Positions 7,866 through 16,474 of a stretch of DNA of 64,000 nt are shown here, one piece after another; the stretch's first letter is position 1; the number at the start of each line of letters is the position of its first letter. A program made the position numbers and the translations under genes. This DNA comes from Candidatus Latescibacterota bacterium (GTDB lineage: Bacteria > Latescibacterota > UBA2968 > UBA8231): contig OZ242214.1 of NCBI GenBank assembly GCA_965206595.1, positions 1,824,001 through 1,888,000 of the forward strand, in the 5' to 3' direction. A model generated the notes under the pieces. The model searched no databases. It worked only from the letters and a program-made list of their open reading frames with translations, and had not been told where the DNA came from.

Positions 7866-10793
7866 ATGAAGGGAAGTTATCGGTTTCAGGAGATTGAACG
7901 TCGCTGGCGTCAGCGATGGCTGGGGGAGAAGACGTTCAAGACGCACGGTCCCGGTGAAAGCTCAATCGCCGATTCCCGGCCCAAGTGTTATGTCCTCGAC
8001 ATGTTTCCCTATCCCAGCGGGGACGGCCTCCACATTGGCCACCCCAAGGGTTACATCGCCAGCGACATCTACAGCCGCTTCAAGAGGATGCGCGGATTCA
8101 ACGTTCTGCACCCGATGGGATTCGACAGCTTCGGCCTGCCTGCGGAACAGTACGCGATCGCCAACAACGTGCACCCGTCCACGGCGATACGCGAATGTAT
8201 CGATCGCATGCGCGGGCAGCTTCAGGCCTTGGGTCTGGCCTACGACTGGGATCGGGAGCTGGCGACTTCGGACTCGGACTACTACCGCTGGACCCAGTGG
8301 ATCTTCCTGCAGCTCTACGACTGCTGGTTCGACCCGGATGCGGTTCAGATGGACGCCGCAGGTCGCGAGATCAAGGGAAAGGCAGTGCCGATCCGGGAGC
8401 TGGAAGATGCACTTGCCAATGGACGGCGTGCTCTCTTCGACCGCGATCTCGAAACCCTGGTCTCGCTTCCAGGAGGGGAAAGCAGAGACCGTTCCCATGC
8501 CGGCTGGTCCCGGCTGACGGAACCGGAACGGGCCGCGGTGCTAAACAACTATCGGTTGGCCTATCAGAAAGAGGTGACGGTCAACTGGTGCCCTGGGCTG
8601 GGCACGGTCCTGGCCAACGAAGAAGTCACTGGGGAGGGCCGTAGCGAGATCGGCGATTACCCAGTGTACAAGCGGCCACTTAGGCAGTGGATGCTGCGTA
8701 TCACCGCCTACGCTGATCGCCTGTTGCACGATCTGGATTCAGCAGATCTGCCCGACGGACGCGGGGGCCGCTACGCCCTGGATTGGCCGGAGCCGATCAA
8801 GCTGATGCAGCGGAACTGGATCGGGCGCAGCGAAGGGGCGGAGATTTTGTTCGACCTGTTGCAGCCGGAATCCCGCGAAACCGCGACGCCCCTGAAAGTG
8901 TTCACGACTCGTCCCGACACCTTGTTCGGGGCAACCTTCATGGTAGTCGCTCCCGGTCACCCGCTTCTCGACCCGGACAGTTCCGGGTATCTCGTGCCCG
9001 CGCATTGGCCCCAAGGCACGAGGGAAGCCTGGAAAAATGGGGGGGCGTCCGGGCCGTGGGAAGTGGTTGCCGACTATGTCGCCACTGCAGCGGAAGCTAT
9101 AGAGGTGGCAAGGGAAATCGACGAACGGGAGAAGTCGGGGGTGTTCACGGGAATATGGGCCCGCAACCCGGCCAGCGGTGTTGTGATTCCGGTTTTTGTC
9201 GCCGACTACGTCTCGATAGAGTACGGAACCGGCGCCATAATGGCGGTTCCCGCGCACGACGACCGCGATTTCGAGTTTGCGAACAACTACGATCTCGAGG
9301 TGATCCAGGTCGTCCAGGCGCCCGAGACCGCCGGGGTGGAAGAGGGGGAGTGCTTCATCGGCGATGGCACCAGCATCAATTCGCCCGCCGACGGCGACAG
9401 CGACTTCTCCATCACGGGCCTGTCGACGGCCCGGGCAAAGGCAGCAATCACCTCTGCACTGGAAAGCGCTGGCGTGGGACGATTTGCGGTTCGCTACAAG
9501 CTGCGCGACTGGACCTTTTCCAGGCAAAGGTACTGGGGAGAACCCTTCCCGCTGGCTACCACCCCCGACGGTTATTCGGTCGTTACCGATCTACCTGTCC
9601 TGCTCCCAGAGATGGAGGACTTCCGTCCGCAAACCTCGGATGATCCCGACACTCCGGTTTCCCTGCCCCTGGGGCGTGCCGGCGACGACTGGCGGGTGGT
9701 CCCCGTAAAGGGAATCGAATGCGAGAGGGAACTGAACGTCATGCCCCAGTGGGCGGGGTCCTGCTGGTATTTCGTGCGCTTTATCGATCCCGCCAACCCA
9801 GAGACATTCTGCAACGCTGACAAGGAGCGGCATTTCATGCCGGTCGATCTCTACATCGGCGGCGCCGAGCACGGGGTGCTTCACCTGCTGTATGCCCGGT
9901 TCTGGCACAAGGTGCTGTTCGACCTGGGGCACGTCTCCTCACCCGAGCCGTTCAAGAAGCTGTTCAATCAGGGAATGATTACGGCCGATGCTTTCACCGA
10001 CGCCCGCGGCGTCTACGTCGACATCCGCGAGGTCGAGCTGCGCGATAACAAACCCTTCCACTTGCGGACCGGGGAGGCCCTGACTCGTTCCGGCGGCAAG
10101 ATGGGGAAGCGCTACAAGAACGGGCTGCCCCCGGAGGAGGTTGGGGAGGAGTACGGCGTCGACACCCTGCGCCTGTACGAAATGTACATGGGCCCCCTCG
10201 AGCAGAGCACGCCGTGGAGCATGGAGGGAATACGAGGAATGCAGCGCTTTCTGCAGCGCGTGTGGCGCAACCTGGTTTCTCAGGAGGGAACGGCCAGGAG
10301 GCTTCCTCCGGGACAAGAGGAAGATGTCGCGTTGCGCAAGAAGCTTCACCGGACGATCTCCAAGGTGACGGATGATATCGAGGGATTGCGGCTTAACACC
10401 GCCATCGCGGCCCTGATCGAGCTCAACAACGACCTGGTAAAAAAGGAGCCGGTTTCGGACGAGATGGCCCGTTCCCTTATCCTGATGCTCTCGCCGTTCG
10501 CCCCTCACCTTGGAGAGGAGCTGTGGAGCATCTGGGGTTTCGGCGACGGAAATCTCTCGGTCCAGGACTGGCCGCGGCCCCAGGCGGATCTGATGGTCGA
10601 AGAGACCGTGATTTTGCCTGTGCAGGTCAACGGCAAGGTCAGGGCGAGCGTTGAAGTGCCAGCCGGAATCACCGAAGACGCGGCAAGAGAGTTGATCCTC
10701 GAACTCGAAAACGTTCGCCGCTACCTTCCGGATTCAGGACGGCCCAGGCGGTTTGTGTACGTGCCAGGTAGAATCTTCAATATCGTAGTCTAG
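7866..10793 (+). CDS. leuS: Leucine--tRNA ligase
   Basis: MFPYPSG.GLHIGH, GFDSFGLPAE, FTTRPDT, GTGAIMAVPAHD, DW.FSRQRYWGEP, YIGGAEH..LHLLYARF; KMSKS motif reads KMGKR; start moved to ATG 7866. Confidence 0.97.
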   Translation: MKGSYRFQEIERRWRQRWLGEKTFKTHGPGESSIADSRPKCYVLDMFPYPSGDGLHIGHPKGYIASDIYSRFKRMRGFNVLHPMGFDSFGLPAEQYAIANNVHPSTAIRECIDRMRGQLQALGLAYDWDRELATSDSDYYRWTQWIFLQLYDCWFDPDAVQMDAAGREIKGKAVPIRELEDALANGRRALFDRDLETLVSLPGGESRDRSHAGWSRLTEPERAAVLNNYRLAYQKEVTVNWCPGLGTVLANEEVTGEGRSEIGDYPVYKRPLRQWMLRITAYADRLLHDLDSADLPDGRGGRYALDWPEPIKLMQRNWIGRSEGAEILFDLLQPESRETATPLKVFTTRPDTLFGATFMVVAPGHPLLDPDSSGYLVPAHWPQGTREAWKNGGASGPWEVVADYVATAAEAIEVAREIDEREKSGVFTGIWARNPASGVVIPVFVADYVSIEYGTGAIMAVPAHDDRDFEFANNYDLEVIQVVQAPETAGVEEGECFIGDGTSINSPADGDSDFSITGLSTARAKAAITSALESAGVGRFAVRYKLRDWTFSRQRYWGEPFPLATTPDGYSVVTDLPVLLPEMEDFRPQTSDDPDTPVSLPLGRAGDDWRVVPVKGIECERELNVMPQWAGSCWYFVRFIDPANPETFCNADKERHFMPVDLYIGGAEHGVLHLLYARFWHKVLFDLGHVSSPEPFKKLFNQGMITADAFTDARGVYVDIREVELRDNKPFHLRTGEALTRSGGKMGKRYKNGLPPEEVGEEYGVDTLRLYEMYMGPLEQSTPWSMEGIRGMQRFLQRVWRNLVSQEGTARRLPPGQEEDVALRKKLHRTISKVTDDIEGLRLNTAIAALIELNNDLVKKEPVSDEMARSLILMLSPFAPHLGEELWSIWGFGDGNLSVQDWPRPQADLMVEETVILPVQVNGKVRASVEVPAGITEDAARELILELENVRRYLPDSGRPRRFVYVPGRIFNIVV

Positions 10794-10832
10794 ATGCTGG
10801 CTGGTTGGATGGTTCCGATTTTCTAAGATGAA

Positions 10833-10860
10833 ATTACCTGTAAAATTTATTTTGTAAACT
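10833..10860 (+). other. dif-like Xer recombination site A (degenerate)
   Basis: ATTACCTGTAA-AATTTA-TTTTGTAAACT: 11-6-11 layout; right arm 10/11 identical to the B. subtilis dif XerD-type arm TTATGTAAACT. Confidence 0.55.
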
Positions 10861-10901
10861 AACCCGCCCCGACTTGGTGAACCGCCCGCCAAAACGGCCT
10901 G

Positions 10902-10950
10902 TTGGGTACCCGAAAATAAACTTCGTATAATTGTAGTTAACAAAACTAAT
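10902..10950 (+). promoter_or_regulatory. Recombinase promoter overlapped by loxP/dif-like site B
   Basis: TATAAT at 10926-10931 with TTGGGT 18 bp upstream; overlaps ACTTCGTATAA-TTGTAG-TTAACAAAACT (10920-10947); 10917-10929 matches the loxP arm ATAACTTCGTATA at 11/13. Confidence 0.6.
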
Positions 10951-10960
10951 CTAAAGACAC

Positions 10961-11890
10961 ATGGCTGAACTTCTCCCTTCAGTATCTCCGAAAGAGCTCG
11001 CCAATTCCGGCACAGTACGGGAACTGGTTACGGCCAGCGTCTCGGAGAACACACGCCGGGCCTATCGGCACGCGCTAAGCAGGATCGACCAGCACCTTGC
11101 CGGGGGTCCGTTGACAGACGGATTGCTTGCCGACTATATCGCGGGCTTGCACGTATCCGGAAAATCTCCGGCGACCTGCTCCCAGGTAATCGCTGCTGTC
11201 AAGTTTCGAGCAAAGTTGCAAGGTTCACCTTCTCCATCCGGTCCGGCAACGGACAGAGTTCTGGCGGGTATTCGCCGCGCGGGCAAGGGCCGCGGTCGTG
11301 GCCAGGTACAGGGCGTTCAGTTTGCCCAGGCGGACGCCGCGGCTGCAGTTGCTTCCGACGACTCATTGGCCGGAATGCGGGACTCCGCCTTGCTGGCTGT
11401 CGCCTCGGATGGCCTGCTCCGCGTTTCGGAAGTCGCCGGTGTGCAAGTAGCCGACATCTCCTTTGAAATCGACGGTACAGCGCGTTTGACGATCCACCAA
11501 TCGAAAACGGATCAAGAAGGAGCCGGAGTCGTTCTGTTCCTCGGCGAGCCGACGGCCTGGCGGGTCAAGACCTGGATGGATGCTGCCGGGATCGAGGATG
11601 GACCCGTTTTCCGGCGTCTTCACCGCGGCGACAGTGTTGGAAAAAAAGCCCTGAGCACCGTATCCGTCCGCAACATCATAAAGCGCCGATGCGCTGCGGC
11701 GGGAATCGACGGAGATGTCTCTGGTCATTCCCTTCGGGTAGGTGGCGCCCAATCTCTTGCTGCGGGAGGTGCTTCGATTGCGGAGATGCAGACTGCCGGC
11801 CGTTGGACATCCCCGCAAATGCCCGGTCACTATGCACGCGGCCAGTTGGCAGCGCGAGGCGCCGTGGCGAGAATCCGTTACGGTTCCTGA
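10961..11890 (+). CDS. Cre-like tyrosine recombinase
   Basis: SENTRRAY N-domain; RDSALL, LLRVSE (Arg I), SKTDQ (Lys), SGHSLRVG (HxxR), GRW (Cre-type Trp), PGHYAR (Tyr nucleophile), C-terminal GAVAR helix like Cre GAMVR. Confidence 0.92.
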   Translation: MAELLPSVSPKELANSGTVRELVTASVSENTRRAYRHALSRIDQHLAGGPLTDGLLADYIAGLHVSGKSPATCSQVIAAVKFRAKLQGSPSPSGPATDRVLAGIRRAGKGRGRGQVQGVQFAQADAAAAVASDDSLAGMRDSALLAVASDGLLRVSEVAGVQVADISFEIDGTARLTIHQSKTDQEGAGVVLFLGEPTAWRVKTWMDAAGIEDGPVFRRLHRGDSVGKKALSTVSVRNIIKRRCAAAGIDGDVSGHSLRVGGAQSLAAGGASIAEMQTAGRWTSPQMPGHYARGQLAARGAVARIRYGS

Positions 11891-11977
11891 CTGGCCGGGG
11901 TCCCAAGGAACAGTTGATATTCCGCAGACACAGGGTGTTCTGGAATTTCCGGGTAAACCCTCACTAATGTCCCACGG

Positions 11978-12005
11978 GATTTACATAAGAAATATTATGT
12001 GAACT
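11978..12005 (+). other. dif site C (best match, probable chromosomal dif)
   Basis: GATTTACATAA-GAAATA-TTATGTGAACT: 11-6-11 near-palindrome with canonical CATAA...TTATGT inner arms; lies where gene orientation converges. Confidence 0.75.
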
Positions 12006-12037
12006 ATGGTTCTAAGAACTCGCCCTTTTTCGGCTGT

Positions 12038-13855
12038 TCAGGTGCGACCGAACAGCCTGTCGAGATGGCTGAGTGTAATCCGAATAAAAATGGGTCTTCC
12101 GTGAGGGCAGGAAAAGGGCTCTTGCGCCTTCAGCAACCGCTGAATCAGGGTCCGCATTTCTTTCTGATTCAGGCGGTCTCCTGCCCGAATTGAAGTGTGG
12201 CAAGCCATCGAAGCCGCGACTGCCTCCTGAGTTGTCGGTCGAGTCTCGTTCTCCTCGATCAGGTCGCTGACGATCTCCTGAAATAGGGCTCCGTCTCCCC
12301 AGTTTCTGAGTTCGCTCGGGATGGAATCGACAATCAGGCTGGTAGGACCGAATTCACGCGCTCCAAAGCCGATTCTTTCGAACAAGTGGCGAGCATCCTG
12401 AAAAGCAATCATCTCCAAGGGAGACACGTCGAGCGTCAGGGGCAACAGCAGCTGTTGGGAGGTTCCCTGCTCCCGGTCGAGCTCCTCCAGAACCTCCTCG
12501 AAACGGATGCGTTCGTGAGCGACGTGCTGGTCGACTATGGCGATGCCGTCCGAGGTCGGTGCCGCGATGTACTTGTTGTGGATCTGCCACATCGGGGCTG
12601 AATCTGCGGCCGATGACAGTTGGTCAATCTCCTGTGGCGTCAGCGGTTGACCTGCACTCTCCGCGGTCCCCAGCCTGGCCGGAGGCAACAGGGAAAGCGA
12701 CAACTGATCGAGGTCGGTATCGTGCTCCGGGCCGAACGGTTCAGCGGGAGTCTCCAGTACCCTGCCGTGTCCCGCTGCCCCGGTAGATGGTGCCCCGTAA
12801 GCAGGTCTCTCCCCCGTCGAGCCGATTCCGGAAGCAGCTCTGAACGCGCTTGCCTCGGGAACGTCTAGTGCCTGTCGCACAATGGATTGCACTGCCTTGA
12901 CGAGATCCCCTTCCGAGGAGAAGTGGACCTCTTTCTTGGTGGGATGGACGTTTACGTCGACGGTCCTGGGATCGATGTCGAGCCAGAGCGCAAATACCGG
13001 GTGCGCATTATGGGGCAACAGGCTGCCGTAAGCTTCGTATACTGCGGAGTTCAATTTCCGGTGGTAAACAGGCCGGCGGCGGACTGTCGCGTATTGCCGG
13101 GTGCGACTGCGCTGACATATTTGCGGGGATCCTGCCAGCACCTCTACCGAGATTCGACCGGCCGCTCCAGCATCGACGTTTGAGGCCGCGTGCAGCAGTA
13201 GGTCCTGGTCGACGGCAACCACCTGAGAGACGCGTTTCGCGCGGTCACCCGAGTGGAGGTCGAGGGTCACGCGGTCGTTGTGGGTCACGCGGAACGCCAC
13301 CTCGGGATAGGCGACGGCTAACTGGGAGACACACTGGGTTATGTAACGGGCTTCGGTATCCATGTGACGGAGGAATTTTCGGCGCGCCGGGGTGTTGAAG
13401 AACAGGCTGCGTGCACTCACCGTAGTGCCGCTGTCCCTGGCGATGGCACCGAGATGAGTACGGACTCCACCTTCCACCTCGATCCGGGTGCCTTCTCCCT
13501 CTCCCCCATTGCAGGTTTCGATGGTCAGCCGGGAAACCGCCGCGATGCTGGCCAAGGCCTCCCCTCGAAATCCCAGTGTGTCGATGGCGAACAGGTCACT
13601 GGGACTCTTCATCTTACTGGTGGCGTGGCGCTCCACCGACAGGCAGGCGTCCCCGGCGTTCATCCCGGCGCCGTCGTCGGCAACGCGGATCAGCTGCCTG
13701 CCCCCGGCAGCGATGTCGACGTAGATGCGTTCCGCGCCCGCATCGAGAGAGTTCTCGACCAGTTCCTTGACCGCTGAGGCCGGTCTTTCTATCACCTCTC
13801 CCGCGGCGATCTTGCCGATTACGTTTTCGGACAGTCTGTGTATGGTCGCACTCAT
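12038..13855 (-). CDS. mutL: DNA mismatch repair protein MutL
   Basis: IAAGEVIERPASAVKELVENSLDAGA, TLGFRGEALASI, VDVNVHPTK, endonuclease motifs DQHVAHER and CPHGRP; start set at MSATIH. Confidence 0.97.
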   Translation of the reverse strand: MSATIHRLSENVIGKIAAGEVIERPASAVKELVENSLDAGAERIYVDIAAGGRQLIRVADDGAGMNAGDACLSVERHATSKMKSPSDLFAIDTLGFRGEALASIAAVSRLTIETCNGGEGEGTRIEVEGGVRTHLGAIARDSGTTVSARSLFFNTPARRKFLRHMDTEARYITQCVSQLAVAYPEVAFRVTHNDRVTLDLHSGDRAKRVSQVVAVDQDLLLHAASNVDAGAAGRISVEVLAGSPQICQRSRTRQYATVRRRPVYHRKLNSAVYEAYGSLLPHNAHPVFALWLDIDPRTVDVNVHPTKKEVHFSSEGDLVKAVQSIVRQALDVPEASAFRAASGIGSTGERPAYGAPSTGAAGHGRVLETPAEPFGPEHDTDLDQLSLSLLPPARLGTAESAGQPLTPQEIDQLSSAADSAPMWQIHNKYIAAPTSDGIAIVDQHVAHERIRFEEVLEELDREQGTSQQLLLPLTLDVSPLEMIAFQDARHLFERIGFGAREFGPTSLIVDSIPSELRNWGDGALFQEIVSDLIEENETRPTTQEAVAASMACHTSIRAGDRLNQKEMRTLIQRLLKAQEPFSCPHGRPIFIRITLSHLDRLFGRT

Positions 13856-13875
13856 GATTTTGGGGGCTACCGGAG

Positions 13876-14496
13876 TTACAGGCGCGCGGAGATTTCCTCC
13901 ACCTTGCGGTCGCGCTCCTCTATAGAGATCAGTCCTTCGCGGAACTGGCTTTCTACTTCCTGCAGCATCTGTCGAGGACTGCCGAAGCGGAGATTGTTGC
14001 GTGCCTGGGCGACCAGGTGCCAGATCCCCAGCCCGAGCATGCCGAACACGACGGCTGCCCACAGTCCGGTTTTGCGGTGCGTACCCGGCTCCCCTTCCCT
14101 TACGGAAATCCCGAGCTTGCCCCACACCTGCCGTTGCGCAGCAGAGATCGGCTGGCTGAACTCGACAAAGACAGAGCTTGCGGCCGTTCCTCCCTGGTTT
14201 TCGACGTACTCGGGCGCGCGTGGGTCCCCTGCATCGCGCAAATTAAAGGCGCTGCGCAGCTCCGCGGTCAGACTCGCCGGTCCCTGGATGACGATACTTT
14301 CCACCACTCCCGCCTGAGAGAGCTCGAGGAAACGATCCTCGTCCACCGGGGTCGCTTCCCCACCCAGTGCGTTGATCAGAACGAGCACGGCCATTAGGCC
14401 GGAGGCCAGCATCAGGGCCAACCTGACCGGCCCAATGGCCGGAATTTCCGAGTCCGGCCGGGAAGAAGGTCCAACTTTCGGTTCGCGCTCCAGCAT
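13876..14496 (-). CDS. Two-TM membrane protein with FtsH-extracellular-like domain and SHOCT-like tail
   Basis: TM (LALMLASGLMAVLVLINAL); DRFLELSQAGVVESIVIQG resembles the FtsH periplasmic domain; second TM; LQEVESQFREGLISIEERDRKVEEI resembles SHOCT. Confidence 0.6.
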   Translation of the reverse strand: MLEREPKVGPSSRPDSEIPAIGPVRLALMLASGLMAVLVLINALGGEATPVDEDRFLELSQAGVVESIVIQGPASLTAELRSAFNLRDAGDPRAPEYVENQGGTAASSVFVEFSQPISAAQRQVWGKLGISVREGEPGTHRKTGLWAAVVFGMLGLGIWHLVAQARNNLRFGSPRQMLQEVESQFREGLISIEERDRKVEEISARL

Positions 14497-14500
14497 CGGC

Positions 14501-15397
14501 TCACTCCACTCTCACGTCGGAGCTGAAGAGCTCCCGGTCCTGCCTGGCCGACTGCTCCAGCCAGGTGCCCAGGAACAGGCAGCGGTAGATGTCCTCGACT
14601 CCGCACGCCGGTCTGCCACGTCCCGTCAGGACCTGCACCAGATTTTTGTACTGTCTGTCCCGTATTGCCTCGGTCTGTCGCGAGAGACTGGTCGTCAGCT
14701 CCACGGTACCCTCACTTCCATGGGCAGTGATGGTCACTCGTTCCGTTGAGTCGAGTCCGCGCACCTGAAGCACCGCCTCTACGCCGTTGACGAAACGAAG
14801 CATTGCCCAGACTGCGTCTTCGCTGGGCCGGTTGGTCAGCAGGCTGCGGCTACGCGCGTGCACCGAATCGACAGGCCCGGCGAAACGCTCGCTCAGCAGG
14901 AGAAGCTCGGTTGCACCGAGGAAGGAGACGCCCGAGCGCGTCGATGGAAGGGTCTCCTTCGGTATGCTCATGTGGAGATCCATGTACAGGCAGCGCCCGA
15001 TGTGGCAGCGTGCTGCCAGCAGGTCGGTTGCGATGTCGGCTGCCAGAACGGGCGAGGCCATGAGGACCCGCTCCCCCATGTGCTGGTCGAGGAGCCGTAA
15101 TTCCTTCAGTCCCCCCGACGATCCGGCCAGCGGTCCGTCGACGAGGACGGGCTTGTTTGCCCGAGCGCTCTGGAGAACCCAGTACTCCCTTTCGGAAGCC
15201 GGTGTGCAGACGACAACCCCCCGGATATCGGCATTGAAATCGAATTCTCCAAACGTCTCGGGGCTCGATATCCGGTCTGGGGAGGATTCCCCACCCCGGG
15301 TGGACAGCCGCAGATGCGGCTGCTTTCGAATCGCTGTCTCGTGTTCGGCGATGCGATCCGAACCGACGATCGCCAGTTCGAACACCGGGTGGGGCAT
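14501..15397 (-). CDS. Gfo/Idh/MocA-family oxidoreductase-like protein (degenerate motifs)
   Basis: LAIVG..RIA..H, VVVCTP, KPVLVDGPLA (normally EKP), EDAVWAMLRFVNG, HGSEGT. Confidence 0.65.
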   Translation of the reverse strand: MPHPVFELAIVGSDRIAEHETAIRKQPHLRLSTRGGESSPDRISSPETFGEFDFNADIRGVVVCTPASEREYWVLQSARANKPVLVDGPLAGSSGGLKELRLLDQHMGERVLMASPVLAADIATDLLAARCHIGRCLYMDLHMSIPKETLPSTRSGVSFLGATELLLLSERFAGPVDSVHARSRSLLTNRPSEDAVWAMLRFVNGVEAVLQVRGLDSTERVTITAHGSEGTVELTTSLSRQTEAIRDRQYKNLVQVLTGRGRPACGVEDIYRCLFLGTWLEQSARQDRELFSSDVRVE

Positions 15398-15526
15398 CTA
15401 CCTGCTCTGGGAAATGAAGGTCTGCGAGCCGGATTTCGGGGGGAGGTAGTAGAAAGCCCGGATAATTTTTGGAAGATATCCTGGTATCCAGATGAGATCA
15501 ACGAGCACCGTAGAAAGCGGGCATGT

Positions 15527-16474
15527 TCAGGAATCGCCACGCTTCCGGCGCTGCATCCTTCTGATAAGCCGCTTGTTGAACTCCAGGGCGGCGTTATAGC
15601 CGTCGAGACGCAGCAGGTAGTTAAAAGCTATGGCTTCGGCTATCACGGTGATGTTTTTCCCGGGGAAGATGGGCACCGTAATCTCCGGAACTTCGACCCC
15701 GAGGATGAATTTCCCCTTGTCGTCGATCCCGATGCGTTCGTAGTCGAAGTCCGCCTGCCAGTCTACCAGGGTCACCATCACTTCCACCCTCTTCTGCCGG
15801 CGAGTGCCCCCGATTCCGAACAGCCTCTTGACGTCGACGACGCCGATGCCTCGAATCTCCATGTGATCCTGGAGCAGTTCCGGGCTGCGTCCCACGAGAA
15901 TACCCTGCGCCTGCCTTGTGACTATCACGGTGTCATCGGCGACCAGGCGGTGCCCCCTTTCCACCAGATCAAGGCCGATCTCGCTCTTGCCAATGGAACT
16001 GCGACCGACAACGAGAAGACCGACTCCGTGGACGTCGACGAGGGTGCCGTGCATGGTGACCTGGGGAGAGAACACCGGGTCGAGGTAGAAGTGCAGGAGG
16101 TGGATGAACTTGGTCGTGTCGAATTCCGTCCTGAGCAGGGGGATGTTGTTCTTGTTGGCGAGGATTCTCAACTCGGGAAGCATGCGGCCGCGGCCGGTAA
16201 CTACGATACAGGGCAGTTCGAACTGGTAGATGATCTCCAACGCCTGCAGGCGCTGGTCCGGAGGCAGGCTGCGCAGGTAGTCGATTTCGAGATTGCCTAG
16301 GATCTGAACGGGAGCGAATGTGAAGACCTCGACAAAACCGGTAAGGGTCAGACCCGGACGATGGGCGTCCGCACTGTTGATGGTTCGTCCCATCCCCTTG
16401 TCGCCGGCAAGCAGACGCAGGCCCAGCGGGCGCCCGTACTGTTTCAGCAAGGAGTCTATCGTCAATTCTGACAT
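15527..16474 (-). CDS. hprK: HPr kinase/phosphorylase
   Basis: RPGLTLTGF, VQILG, HGTLVDVHGVG, Walker A GRSSIGKSE, GHRLVADD, MEIRGIG, PGKN; start set at MSELT. Confidence 0.96.
   Translation of the reverse strand: MSELTIDSLLKQYGRPLGLRLLAGDKGMGRTINSADAHRPGLTLTGFVEVFTFAPVQILGNLEIDYLRSLPPDQRLQALEIIYQFELPCIVVTGRGRMLPELRILANKNNIPLLRTEFDTTKFIHLLHFYLDPVFSPQVTMHGTLVDVHGVGLLVVGRSSIGKSEIGLDLVERGHRLVADDTVIVTRQAQGILVGRSPELLQDHMEIRGIGVVDVKRLFGIGGTRRQKRVEVMVTLVDWQADFDYERIGIDDKGKFILGVEVPEITVPIFPGKNITVIAEAIAFNYLLRLDGYNAALEFNKRLIRRMQRRKRGDS

Noticed and set aside
10961-11890. Interpreting the recombinase as XerC/XerD, an integron integrase or a prophage integrase
   Set aside because: It lacks the Xer LRHSFATH/LLGH motifs (has HSLRVG and GRW), has no IntI insertion or attC array, and no phage genes or tRNA att site are nearby.
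13856-14125. N-terminal extension of the mutL ORF; similar extensions for leuS, hprK, gcvP, ymfF, trmJ, the sulfatase and the RibL-like gene
   Set aside because: They overlap neighbouring genes or lack homology-like content; longest-ORF artefacts, so starts were moved downstream.
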